The notes below the pieces were generated by a model. The model was given only the letters and a program-made list of their open reading frames with translations, ran no database searches and had not been told where the DNA came from. From positions 1,922,001 to 1,986,000 of the forward strand of contig JANHCV010000005.1 of the NCBI GenBank assembly GCA_025594325.1: 64,000 nt of DNA, read 5' to 3'. The stretch comes from Blastocladiella emersonii ATCC 22665. Its lineage: Eukaryota > Fungi > Blastocladiomycota. Shown here in pieces: positions 11,954 through 24,600 of this stretch (position 1 is the first letter of the stretch; each line of letters opens with the position of its first letter). The translations under genes were made by a program, and so were the position numbers.

Positions 11954-13966
11954 CTAGAAGCGGGCGACCCGGCGCAGCCACCGGGGCTTCTTCAACTTCT
12001 TGTTGCAGAGAATGCTCGCGAGCTTGTGCTTGACGTCACGGCGGCGTTTGAGCTCCTCCCATTCTTCGTAGCGGGCGGTGGTGGGGAGGAACGCGCTGCG
12101 GACGGCAATCGAGCGGCATACGTCGACCGACTTGAGCTGGAGCTGCGTGATGCTCCATGCGCGGCGGTCCGTGAAGCACCTGTTGGGGTCGGTGGCAGGA
12201 ACGAGGGGCTTGAAGGCGACCCGCACCGGCTTGGGTGCGAAGCGCGCCGCCTTGAGCCCGAGCGCATCGCGCAGGCGGTCCGAGTGCGCCTTGAAGCCGC
12301 CCTGGCGAATGGTGCGGGCGGCCGCGACGCGCTGGTCGAGGTCGGTGGCGGGCCGGAGCATGTGCTTGCCAATGGACTGCAGCAGGACCACCTGCGAGAA
12401 GCGCACGACGACGGCACCGTGCGTGAGCGGGGCGAGGAAGGACGCGTCGCCGGCGGAGCTCATGGCGTAGCCTGGACCACCGGCCACCATGGTGATCGAG
12501 CCGTGGCGCGAGTATGTCGCGCACTTGTGCGGCTCGGGCGCGTGCTTGAAGCCCAGCGACTCGACGAGGACGAGGAAGCGCGAGCACAGAAAGTCGTCGA
12601 GACGGTGGACCACGGCGGTGACCGCGCGGATGAGCGCCGAGACGAGCGCGGCGACGAGCGCGGCGACGCCCAGAGGGTCGGTGGTGACGCGGTCGGCGAC
12701 CGAGATGAAACCGGCGACGAGAAGCGTAGCTTGGACGTGAGGGCCCGCCAGCTGACTCGAGAAGATGCTGTCGTTGTCGGGCTTGGCCTGGCCGTCCGGA
12801 ATCGGGCTCGGGCTCGGGGTCTCGGCGATGGTGAGGTCCGTGGCGGAGCCGAAAACGCCCGTGGACGCGGCGACGACGAAGCGGTAGCCGGACAGGTCGA
12901 ACACGAGATTGAGACGCTCGGCCGAGCCCGCCGCCGAGGACTGGACGGGCACGGCGGCACTGGGAGCGACCGACATGGTGGGCATGGGCATCGACGAGAG
13001 GTCATGGTGGCGGGTAAACTGCGTGAGGTCGAGCGGGATCGCAGGCACGGCCGGGGCCGAGGCGCGAGGCCGGGTGGCGACGGCGGCCGCGGGTACGACG
13101 GCGACGGGGCGGGCGAGCGAGCGAGGCGTCGAGCACCGGCAGGTGACGAAGGTGATGGCGTGCGGGCCACAGGTCGGGACAAAGGTGGGCGGGAACATGG
13201 CCACGGTGGCATTGGCAGCCCACGTCGGGACGCACTCGACCGCAAGTGGCGCGGGCCGCACGGGCGGACGCGTCGTTGCACGAGGCGGCAGCGGACGCGT
13301 AGGCGGGAGCGTCAGGATGGGGAGGAAGCCAGAGTGCGGGACCGGCCGAGGCGCATAGGCGAGCAGGTCGGCGGACGAGTGCAGCGGGGCCGTCGCGATG
13401 AAGGCGAGCGGGGCGAGTACAGCGGCCGCGGCGAGGACCGAGGTCGGGACAAACTCTGTTCGTTCGATCCATTGTTGCGGTGAGTTGCGTGAGCTTCATG
13501 GTCGTCGGGGAAAAGTGAGGGAGTGAGGCGAGGCGAAAGTGGCGCGACGCGTCCGATCGAGCGGCACGTGTGCGCACCGCGCGTCACGATTTCGTCTCCC
13601 GACGCGTGACGCCGCGACGCGACCGTGTCCGCGCACCCGATCGCGCGCGGCGCGATAAGCGAGAGGAGGAGCAGACGTACCGAACGCGTGGGCCTGGCTG
13701 AGCTCGAGGACCATGGCGAGCGCCGTGACGACGACCTGGTTGGCGAGGGGCCGGCCCGACGGGACCGCGGCGGCAGCGGTCGGGTAGTAGGTGTAGTCGG
13801 AGATGGCGGACGCCGAGTAGACCGAGGACGGGACGGGGAGGTGCGCGGCAGTCGAGGCCGAGCTGCCGGCGGGCGCGATGAAGAGGCACACGACCGAGGC
13901 GGCCATGGCGAACGCGAGCAGCGCCGCGACGGCGAGCCGGCGCTTGAGGTCGGCGACGCGAACCAT
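11954..13966 (-). CDS. Hypothetical membrane/secreted protein (about 595 aa, 2 exons)
   Basis: Exon 13966-13681 (MVRVADLKRRLAVAALLAFAMAASVVCLFI...) splices through GTACGT...AACAG intron 13456-13680 in frame into the 11954-13261 ORF. Several hydrophobic segments; no recognised domain. Confidence 0.55.
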
Positions 13967-15676
13967 GGTGACGGGGTTGCGACGAAAGGAGGGTATGGGT
14001 ATCGGTATCGGTATCGGTGCACGAGTGCAGGGACTTGCGGGGTATGGTATCTCGGTGGGTACCGTTGGGAGAGCGGCGACGGGTCGGCGAGGGCGGGAGG
14101 AGTTGAGGTGAGGCGGGCGGGCCGCGCGCCAGGGCAGGCAGCAGCACCGGGCAGGCCCGGCCACGGAGCAGCAGCAACCGTGGCGCGCGCCGCCGGGTGC
14201 GAGACGCGACGCGAAATCACGCGACACGGCCGTGATCGCGCGGGAGACGTTTTGCCGGCTCTGGCATCGCGTCCTGCTGAACCACCACCGCCTCGACCAA
14301 TGATGGGTTGAAGTAAGCGCGCCCGTCTTCAACGTCTGAGCCGGCCAGACTTCATAACGGTGATCCCCGGAGCCCGCAGGAGAGCCGACGTGGGCTGCCA
14401 GCAGTTGGACGCCGACCCGGCGGCGGTTGAGCTGTGCCACAGCTGCCGCCTCGTTCTGCTAACCGCTGACAAGATATGTCCCGGGCCAGTATCAAGGGGT
14501 TTGACCGAAAAGTTGACTGGGTAGTGCTCACGAATCAGCGGCAGCGAAGGGAGGTCGGTACCTCGACACGCGGCAGGGGCGTCGCTGTTTGATCGGCGCG
14601 ACTCGGCAGCGTCACGAAGTCTTCACGGCCGCTCAATGAAGTGTACCAAGGTTGAACGCGGACACGTGCATGCGGCATTCATGAGGGTCACTGCATCGCG
14701 TCGCTGCCGAAACGAGTCCGGCGCCCATGACGTTCGAGCGGATCCGAGTCTTGCGCCCCCTCTTGCCACAGGTGAACGCGCTCTCAGCTACCACACACTG
14801 CATCAGGCTACCTTGTACGGGTGTCAGCCTGTTCGACCAACAGGACCACGTCGCTGACGTGAGAGCTCACGCGCGGGAACTGCGCGGCGGTGGGGTCGCG
14901 ACCCGCGACTTCCATCCTAGACTCGCTTTTTACGCTGCTCATCTGCTTCCCATTGCATTTGCCTACATCCCCATACCGTCGCTAAACTTGCTGTAGCACA
15001 CGCAACGGTCCGTCGACGGATGCGCGTCCCAGGCAGCTTACGCGGGGTTGCCATCAGGAGACTTCCTCCACGACCCGTGAACTTGGCGCGACTCGTTGTC
15101 CCCCGTCTCTCGATCTTGAATCTCTCGTGCGTTTCGCGCAGAATCAAAGCGCGCTTCGGAATTTCCCGTGCGAGACACGCCGACGCGCTGCGCCTACTCA
15201 TCAGTTGACCGACCAGCTTCATGCCCGCCGCAACGCATTAACGGTGCTTCTCCTCACTTATCAGGGCCTAGGATCAAGATTAGGATCATCTCTTCATGAC
15301 GCTCGTCGTACGAATACGCTTGCCGTACTGCGGGCCTTGTGTATTTATCCCGGCGTCGGCTCGCCGAGGCGGTCGCTGCGCCACTTCCTTCGATCGTTCC
15401 CGCTGCACCAGCCCATCGGACGTGCGGGACGCTCAATGATTCCTCTACTGGAGTCACGCCGCGGATTAATGTCCTTCATTGGGCAGGAGATCTCGCAAGC
15501 CTAGACTGTTTCCGTCAAATACGACCGAGGCACTGCGGGGTCCGCGACAGCGGATGGTCATCCAGCGTGTCTTGATGCCCTCACCGCCTTGTGACGTGCC
15601 CAGCGCTAGCCAGCGATCGTGAAGCGCGCGATTATAGTCCTCTCTCGCCGCTTGAATTGCGACGCGAGTGTGCGAC

Positions 15677-16467
15677 GTGGGCGCGAAGGGCTAGCGGGAC
15701 GCGCCGCGCCACACACGTGCGCCTCAAACACGCTGCGAGCAACTCTCCCCCGCCACTTTCTCAAGCGGTCCTGATACAGCCTCGCGGGTCATAGTCACAA
15801 CCAAACGATCTGTAAAAATTTAGCTAAACTCATGAGGACCGTCGAACGATGAGTTCTATGCCCACATCCACCAGCAGGTCTCGCTCGCGTGCGACTGGCA
15901 TCAGACCTGAACGCACCCGGCACCGCACCCCTAATAGACCGTGTGCGAACATTTGTCCCACACGGCCGGGCGATGTACGTCGACGGGGAGCCGTGCGTGG
16001 TGTCGCTGTCGAGTTCGAAGTAACTCGAGACCGTTGGGCGATGGTAAGCGCGTCTTGTCGGAGGACTTGTGAAAGCACGCCGCACGATGGTGATGTCGAT
16101 GGGTGGCCGGTACGCGTCGTTGCTAGCGGGATATGAGTGTGAGCTGCGATGATCGGGGAGCGGTTTCCGGCCAACTCGGAGCGTACCAGATGAGGAGCGA
16201 CTGGGAGCAGACGCTACGACATGGTTGTGACCGCGTAGTAGTGCGCTTGAGGAGGATGTAGTGGACCGTGATGATGGACCGAGGTTGTCGCGCGCGGTCA
16301 AATTGCTTGCGTGGTACCTTTTGGCGTTGATGAGCGTGAAGTGCGAGTCGAGAAGCCAGCGCGAGGATGAGCTACGGGAGCGCGTCCAGAATGAATGGTC
16401 AGTGCCCATCGATCGATGTGAAGCGGGCCAGTCGCGTACCCCGTGGCGATGATGCTGGGTGACGATG
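15677..16467. repeat. Diverged duplicated block, copy 2 (paralog of 10606-11938)
   Basis: Same anchors as copy 1; minus-strand intron-like segment 16372-16439 (GTACGC...CTGAC...TAG, 68 nt). Confidence 0.8.
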
Positions 16468-17526
16468 CGTAAGCCCGATCAACATTGTGTTGAGGTACGT
16501 CAACACGCCGGGGCAAAGCCAGCCGGTGTCGACGCCCACAAGGTTGAGGCAGCGGCCGCAGCATGCGCGTGGTGCTCGAGTTCCTGCGCCGCAGTGTCGT
16601 TGGGCAGCGCGAACACGATCGGGACTATCGAGGCCGAGTACGCGGTCAGCTCCAAGTGTCCGATCCAGCGGAAGGGTTGATAGAGCTGGCGTACCATCAG
16701 GAAGCAGGCCGCGGCGGACCATGTTGGCGTGTGCGTTGGCGATGACGTGGAGGATGAACACGTCGGACGAGCTCACCACCCGAGATCGATGGAGGGCGGA
16801 AGCAAAGTAGATGAACACGGTGATGGCCACCGACATGAGCGGGTACGTGATGCTGCGAGTAGCTCGACGAGAGCCGGGTGGAGCGGGAGCAGCGGCCGAG
16901 CTGGATGACGGCACAGTCGAGAGGTCCGTCGCAGCCGGGAAGGCGGGCGCGGAAGTGTAATGGTCAGTGGCTGTCGTAGTCGTAACGGACGCCGAGCCTT
17001 CTGGCTCGTGGTTGACGCGGATCGTGACAGTCGGGCCCGAGCGGGTCCGAGAGTCGGATCGAGCGCCGAGAAGGCCGTGCGAGCGGCCCGATGGCGAGAC
17101 GAGGTCAAAGATGGCCGGGAGCAGCGAGTAGTCCGAGGCAAAGTGGTGGAGAGTCTCGAGCGAGAGGTCCCACGATTCGACGTTGGCGCAGTCGGCATGA
17201 ACGCGGTGGGTCTCGAGGGTGCAGATGGCGAGGAGCGTGCCATAGTAGTCGGCCTCGGTCATGCGGCTGTTCGGGTATGCCAAGGACCACCGGATCGAGT
17301 CGGCGGCGATGCCGTCCGGGTGCACGACCTGCGGCGCGGCGAGGCCAGCGGCAACCATGTCGCGCTTCCACGGCGAGTCGGGCAGGTCGCGCCACGGAAT
17401 TGTGATGAGCTTGGTGACAGGCGCGGCAGAATCGCGGTGCGCCGACTCGACGAGTCCGAGGAGCGCCGCGAAGGCGATGGCGAAGGCCATAAACGCGGCG
17501 AGAGCGACGCGGATCGAACAATGCAT
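16399..17526 (-). CDS. Hypothetical membrane/secreted protein; 3' end uncertain (may extend to about 15795 via a spliced exon)
   Basis: N-terminal hydrophobic MHCSIRVALAAFMAFAIAFAALLGLV and a second hydrophobic stretch YPLMSVAITVFIYFASAL. The N-terminus resembles that of the 13966 gene. Confidence 0.5.
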   Translation of the reverse strand: MHCSIRVALAAFMAFAIAFAALLGLVESAHRDSAAPVTKLITIPWRDLPDSPWKRDMVAAGLAAPQVVHPDGIAADSIRWSLAYPNSRMTEADYYGTLLAICTLETHRVHADCANVESWDLSLETLHHFASDYSLLPAIFDLVSPSGRSHGLLGARSDSRTRSGPTVTIRVNHEPEGSASVTTTTATDHYTSAPAFPAATDLSTVPSSSSAAAPAPPGSRRATRSITYPLMSVAITVFIYFASALHRSRVVSSSDVFILHVIANAHANMVRRGLLPDGTPALSTLPLDRTLGADRVLGLDSPDRVRAAQRHCGAGTRAPRACCGRCLNLVGVDTGWLCPGVLTYLNTMLIGLTHRHPASSPRGTRLARFTSIDGH

Positions 17527-17739
17527 GGTGTCAGTCATCCCCAAACTTCATCGACTTGGGTTTCGAGTGGCTAGAAGAGAGAGGGGGCCGACACGAAGCG
17601 GGAGCAACGCGTCGCGACGCGTCTCCCGATCCGCGGCCACGTGCGCCCTGCGAGACAAAACCGCCGATCAGCCACTTTTGGGAGCGCTTCATCCCTCAAA
17701 TCTCGCTCTCCCCAACCCTGAAAGCACTCTGATAAACGA

Positions 17740-19779
17740 ATGGAAAAGGCAGACATTGCACTGCGCAACTTGCCGCAGCAGCCGTCTGATGACGATCGGC
17801 AGCAGCGGGAGCAGAGCCTCGCGTCGTCGTCGTCGGACGGCAACCTGCGCGCCAGCGTTGCGGCGGCCCTCGGACCACGAGCGTCCATGCTGTCGACGAC
17901 GGCCGCCGAGGGCACCGCGACGCCGCCGCCGCTCTACGTTGCTCCAGCTGCCGGTCCTAGTACCGGTGCTCCCGACAACGTGTCGCCGCTCACGCCGCAC
18001 TCGGTCATGGGCGACGGTGCCCTGCCGTTTGTGCCGGCCCATACGCGCGCCCACGCAACGGCTCCCGCCCAAGGCTACTCGGCCGACTCGATGCCGCCGT
18101 CGCCCGCATCGCCCGCCGTCCGCGCCGGCACCGCCCTCCTCACCTCGGACCCACTCAGCTCGCCCTCGCTGCACGCCACCACTGCTCCGGGTACCGCGCG
18201 CCTACCCTCGCCCGCCAGCATGCCGCACCGCCGCCACCTGCAGTTCGACATGCCACCGTTCCCACAACAGCAACAACAGCAGCAACCGTTCCCGACCTTC
18301 CCCTCGCAGCTCTTCCTCTCGCCCCACTCGCCGTACCACGTCCCGCCCGACCAGCTCGCGCACTACAACCAGGCCAAGGCGTTCGTCATGAAGCTCGGCC
18401 GCGCGCTCTTCTCGTTCGGCCTGCCCTCGTTCCGCCTCGAGACGGACCTGACCAAGGCCGCCACCGCGCTCGGCCTCACGGCGCAGTTTGGCGTGCTGCC
18501 CTCGTCGCTGCAGGCCAGCTTCGAGCACCCGTGGGGGTTCAGCGAGGCCACCATGGTCAACATGGCGTTCGGCCTCGACGTCGGCCGGCTCTACTTCACG
18601 AACCAGCTGTGCCACCGGCTGTCGGCCAACCAGATCCGCCTCGAGGAGGCCACCGCCGAGCTCGAGGACATTATCCAGAACGGGTCGCTGTACGGCCGCA
18701 CCGCGACGCTGTTTGCTTTCGCGATTGGCAGTTTTGGCGGTGCGCCGCTCGCCTTCAACGGCGGGTGGCACGACACGTGGGCGTCCCTCGTTTTGGGGTT
18801 GCTCGTCGGCGCCATGAACATGGGCATGGCGGGCACGAGCCTCGGCCCGCTCTTCGAGTTTGCCGCGGCGACGGCCGTCGCGTTCCTCACGCTCGCGGCG
18901 CAGCAGTGGATCTCGCCCAGCATCTGCTTCACGGCCACCACGCTGTCCGCCCTCTTGGTCCCGCTGCCGGGCCTGTGGATCTCGACGTCGTTCATCGAGC
19001 TGTCGTCGCGGCAGATCGTGTCGGGCGCGTGCCGCATGTGGTGGTCGCTCATGATCGCGTTCCAGCTCGCGTTCGGCCTGTCGATCGGGTACAATCTGTT
19101 TGGCGCCGTGTTCGGGCTGTCCGAGGCGGCGACGCGGCCCGTCGGGCTGCAGTGCTCGCACGCGCTGCACCCGCTGTGGAACCTGCTGTTCCTGCCGCTC
19201 ATCACGCTGTCGCTCAACATTCTGCTGAATGCGCACCGGCACCAGTACATTCCCATGACCGTGTCGTCGAGCGTCAGCTACCTGCTGTTCTACGTGTGCG
19301 CGAGCGTGCTCGGGTTCGGGATCGAGACCACGTCGCTGGTCGTGTCGTTTGTGATTGGCATCGGCGCCAACCTGTACTCGCGGCTGACCGGCGGCGGCGC
19401 CGTCGAGGTGTCGCTGAGCGGGATCATCCTGCTGGTGCCCGGCAGCGTTGCGACCAAGGTGCGTTATTTGACTGAGCGGTTGATGGTAGTGGGGACTGAC
19501 TTTTGAGCGTGAGCGTAGTACTCGGTCGGTCTGCTGGACCAAAAGGTGTCGGGCGTCATGAGCTCGGGCGGCGAGTTTGCCGTCAAGTTTGTGATCGTCG
19601 CGCTCGCCATCTCGGTCGGGCAGATTGCCGCGCGGATCGTCGAGAGCGTCGACTTCCGGCTCGAGCCGCTGCGGCCATTGGCGGCGGTGGCCACGGCCAC
19701 GACAGCGGGCATGGGTGCCGGTCCAACACCCTCGGCGACCGTGGCACCGGTCCGCCGCATCTCCAGCATGCTCGACTGA
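17740..19779 (+). CDS. ThrE/DUF1212 family putative threonine/serine exporter (Prm10-like)
   Basis: FVMKLGRALFSFGLPSFRLE, GLDVGRL, PLPGL and IILLVPGS motifs, about 10 TM segments; intron 19459-19545. Confidence 0.85.
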
Positions 19780-19935
19780 CCACCCTGACAATACATTGGC
19801 ACATGGCGTGATACTTGCAAAGACGCGAGTTCGGGAGGAGCGCACGTGACGGGTGATCGACGCGTTTCGCGAGTCGCGGTCGCGTCGCTTCTCCCCTCGC
19901 GGCCTCCGGTCCTTGGCCTCAACGCAACGGCAACC

Positions 19936-21605
19936 ATGAAGCATCATCTGGGAGTAGCACTCGCCGCACTGGTGTGCCTCGTCGCACTGAGCGCGTCGAC
20001 GCGGGCCCAGCACCAGGAGCGGGATCCGCTGCTAGTCGACCAGACGGTCCCGCAGCTCGGCTACGGCCACTGGGGCTACGACGACGGCAGCACCCGTCCT
20101 CGGCCCGCCGTCGGCTCGGGTAAGAGAGCGACACCGAAGCGCGTCGCCATCGTGGGAGCGGGGCCCGGTGGAACCTCGGCGGCCTACTTTCTCTCCAAGG
20201 CGTTCCCCGGCATTGAGATCGACGTGTTCGAGTCGGCGGACCGCATCGGCGGGCGGTGCCACAGCGAGGAGCTCGTCCTGTCCGCGGCGCTCAACCTGAC
20301 GGCGCGCGTTGAGTGGGGCGCGTCCATCTTTGTCGAGGAGAACCGGTACGTTGTCACACTGTCTACAACCATCGAGCAGGTACTGACACTCACCGTGCAC
20401 AGTAACTTGGTCCAGGCGGCCCGCGCCTTCAACCTCAGCACTGACGGGGACCCCGAGGACAACAGCCCGGGACCGTACGTCGCGTCGCTGTGGGACGGGT
20501 CGCGCATCGTCTTTGAAATGGACTTGCGCGGCGGGTGGCGGTCCAAGCTGCGCGGCCTCCTGCGCTACGGCCTCGCGCCCTCGCTCGTCGCCCGCCTCGC
20601 CGACTCGCAGGCCGCCAAGCTCGCCAACGTCTACCGCGCCGATTTCCCCAGCTTCGCCGCGTGGGGCGACCTCGTCGGGCACCTGCGCCTCGAGTACCCG
20701 ATCAACGTGACGGCGACCAAGTACTTTCACGCGCGCTCGGTCAGCCCGGCGTTCAAGGCCGAGGTCATCGAGGCCATCACCCGCGTCAACTACGGCCGCA
20801 ATCTCGACGAGGTGCACGGCCTCGGCGCGCTCATCGGGTTCGTGCAGGGCCCGACGTACACGGTCGCTGGTACGCTTCCTACTGGGGTACCCGTCCGTGA
20901 CCATGAGACTGACTTTGGGACGTAGAGGGCAACCAGCGAATCTTCGAGGGCTTTCTGGCCGCGTCGGGCGCCCGCGTGCACCTCAACACGCGCATCGCCG
21001 CCGTGGACCGCGACGACGAGACGGGCGGGTACACGCTGCGCACCACCGACTCGGATAACGGCTCGAGCTACGACACGGTGATCCTGGCCATCCCGCCGAC
21101 CGCGGCCGCCTCGATCCAGCTGCCGGCTTCCGCGAAACCCATCGCCGCCTCTCCGCCCGTCACGTACCACCACATCCACGTCACGCACGTCCTCGGCCGC
21201 CTCAACGCGACCACGTTCCCGTCGGCGCCCGCGCAGATCCTGACCACCAAGCAATCGCGCAACGTCCAGTCCGTGAGCCGCGTGCGCGACCTGAGCGGCG
21301 GCCTGTTCCCGCGCGGCGTGCACCTGTACAAGGTCTTCTCGACGGTTTCTTTGGGAAACTCGCCGCTGCGCGACACGCTGTTCGACCGCGTCGACCGCGA
21401 GTGGGCGCGCGAGTGGGATGCGTACCCGGTGCTGCGCCCGCGCAAGCTCAAGGCCCCGCTGGCCGACTTTTTCCCGCCGCTCGGCCTCGACGACGCCGGG
21501 CTGTTCTACCTCAACGGGTTCGAGCGGTTCCTCAGCACCATGGAGACGGCCACGGTCGCGAGCCGCAACCTGGTGCGCTACCTCCAGGACGGGTCTGCTG
21601 CCTGA
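19936..21605 (+). CDS. Prenylcysteine oxidase/lyase-like flavoprotein with signal peptide
   Basis: Signal peptide MKHHLGVALAALVCLVAL; FAD motif VAIVGAGPGGTSAAYFL; EWGASIFV; RVNYG; YLNGFERFLSTMETATVASRN. Introns 20346-20402 and 20870-20925. Confidence 0.85.
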
Positions 21606-21663
21606 GTTTGGTGAGGGAGGATGAGGAGGAGTGTGTATATATTGGTTACAGTGTGCTGTGCAA

Positions 21664-24600
21664 TCAAAAGTACTCGAGCACCTCGCGGATCACGGGCCGG
21701 TTCGTCTCGTTGGCGTCGCGCATCCGCGCCACGAGCGCCGTCAGCGAGTCGAGAATCTCGTTCATGGCGCGGTCCTGCTCCGTGTTGGCGAGGTCGCGCG
21801 GCGGCGACGGCGTGCGCGGGCGTACAGAGGGAGACACGTAGTGCTGGGTCGCACTGGAGCCACCGTTGGCAGAGTTGGGGAGCGGCGGGACGGGCGGCAT
21901 GGTCTCGGCCGATGGCAGCGGCGGCACCGCGTCGGGCGCCTCGGGCGTGTTGGGCCGCTGGATCACGGTCGTCGCCGCCTCGTTGTACAGCGGCGACCAC
22001 GGCGGGTGGATTGACGGCGCTAGGTGGATCGTGATCGGCCGCTTCTTCTTCTTGGTCGTCGTCGCGCTGCGGGTGAGGGTGCCGTTGCCAGAACGGTCGA
22101 GTGGATTGCCCGGGAAGCTGGTGCCGGTCGGCGTCAGCGGCGGCAGAGCACCGTACACGGACGTGATCGCTGACGACGAGGGGCGGGACCCAGAGCCCGA
22201 GGACGACATGGACGCCGTCGACTGCCGCATCAGCAGGTGCTCGTGGTGCATCTCGAGCGACGGCGGCACCACCTGCTGTTCATCTGCTGGAGCGGGTGCC
22301 TCAGACGTGGTGGCGGTGACCGCGTCACTCGAGTCGGGCGGCGTCGGACCCACTGCGACAGTACTCGTGGAAGACGACACGAGCGGGCGCGTGAACCAGA
22401 ACCGCGACAGCACCGCGTGGAACAGGTCGCCGAGCGCGCGCACGTCGCTCGCCAGCGTCGAGTCGTAGTCCGACTCCTGGCCAGGCGTGAACGACGGCGG
22501 CGGGCCCAACGCCAGACTCGGCGGGAGCAGCTTGACCACGGCCTCGCTCGCGCGCAGGCCCGCCTCGGCGTCGCCCACCACCAAAACGTGCGCGGCCTCG
22601 ACGCTGCCGTGCGCCAGGTTCCACTGCTCGTGCAGGTAGGCCAGCGCCTCGGCGATGCGCTTGAAGATTTGCAGCAGCAGCCGGTTCACGTCGTAGGCGC
22701 GGTCGCGGTCAATCTTGATGCTGCTGCTGCTACTGCTGCCGGACGTGACGAGGCACTTGCGGTACGCGTAGTGGCGAAGGAGGTACGCGTCGAGTGGGAG
22801 CGTTCCGGGCGAAGCGTCAGAGTCTGCCAACACAAAGTACAGGTTGGGCGACAGCGGCATCCAGTCGCGCGGGACGGCCTCGAGCGGCAGCGGCGGCAGG
22901 CCGAGGCCCTGCATCTCCACCAGAGTGGGCGTGACGAGCGACGGGTGGTCGGCCGCGCGGTGCGGCTGCAGGATCTCGAGCACGCGCAGGTACCGCTGGT
23001 ACAGCCACACGGCGCGCGCGCCCTTGACCTCGGTCGCCCGCAGCACGCGGCCCTGGCTGCGCGCCGCCACCACCGTCTGCTTGGCGACGGCGCACTCGTA
23101 CAGCGTCACCGTTTTCGGGGTGCTCGTGGATGAGAGGGGGAGGCGGATAAGCGTGCCCGACGAGTTGACGGGGAACCGAGTCGCGTCGAGACCGCTGCCC
23201 ATCAGCGAGTGCGGCAGCGAGTGGACCGAGGCGGCCGCCGTCGCCGCGTGCTCGGGGTGCAGCACCGAAAAGTACTCGACGAGCGACTCCATGTCGTCGT
23301 CCGACACGATGCCCGGCGTCAGCGTCAGCTGCGCGCACCGGAAGCCGAGCAGCACCGTCACGAGGCGCACCGCGTCGGGGTTGCGCGGCAGACCGAGCGG
23401 GCGGATGCCCCAGTCTCCGACTGATAAACCGAGGGTGCTCGCCATGGCGGCCGCGAGCGCGTTCCAGTTGAGCGTCGCGTCGAGCAGCGAGTACGACGAC
23501 GGCGGCGGCGGGCTATCGGTACCAGCACCGAGTGCGGGTGCGGCCGACACGGATGGCATCAGGCGCGGCGATGCGGGCAGCAGGTCGGCGGGCGACAGGC
23601 CCAGGTCGCGCAGCCGCTGCTCGTAGCCGTCCATGATCCAGTTGAAGAAGTGCGCCAGCACCGCGCCCGACCGCAGCTCGTCGACGGGGTCGTCGCGCCG
23701 CGCCTTGAGCAGCTGCACGGCGCGAAAGTGCCGCGTGCACTGCGCAAACAGGTCGTCGCGCAGCCGCGCGAGCTGCTGCGTCGCCCACTGCTTTTTCGTC
23801 GCGGCAACCGTCGTCTCGAGGTGGGCGCGCATGTCAGCGACAAACTCGTCGACGCGCGGCTTCCACGCGGCGGGGTCCTCGGGCGCTAATTCGCCGGTCG
23901 CCGCGTCCATGCCCTCCATCTCCTCGAGCACGCCCGCGATGCGGTCCGTGTCGGCGGTCGCGCCCGACGAGCGGTAGTGGAACAGGAACTCGTTGATGGG
24001 CGCGGCGAGGGCGAGGTACTCTTTGCCGTCGGGCGCGGCCCACGTCGCCGTCACATCCCCCAAGAGCGCGAGACTGCGCAGCAGCGACCCGTTGACGCCG
24101 TGCTTGCCCTGCGGCGTCGAGGGCCGCGCGGGCGGGGTGTGCGAGCGCGGCGGTGGCGTCCGCGAGGGGGTCGGCGTGGACGAGGGTGCGGGTGGGGTCC
24201 GCGGGCGCGACGTCGGCGGGGTCGGCGGCAGGTTCGCGGTTGGTGGCATGGGCGGGAGCGGCGGCAGCGGCATACCACCGCTCGGCAACGAGCCCGGAAG
24301 TGGCGGCATCGCAGGAACACCGTGCGTCCCCGACGAGGCGACGAGCGTGATGCCGTAGTACGATTCAATGTACTTTTGAATGTCGAACCACTCCTTGGAC
24401 GACTCGAGCTTGCGCAGCTCGCCCTCGACCTCGCCCTCGAAATAGGCCTGGCGCTCCGAGACGAGGTTGGCGGGCAGGTTCATGACCGACTGGCGCTTGG
24501 CGGCGGACGCCGAGGCCTTGAGCATGCGCACGATGGCGGGGCTCGAGCGCATGGTCGGGAACCGCGCGAGCAGGTCGTCGGACGCGAGGTTGGGCGGCGG

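Noticed and set aside
14300-15670. Lower-GC, ORF-poor 1.4-kb interval as a possible transposon remnant
   Set aside because: I could not identify terminal repeats, a target-site duplication or transposase/RT motifs; treated as intergenic.
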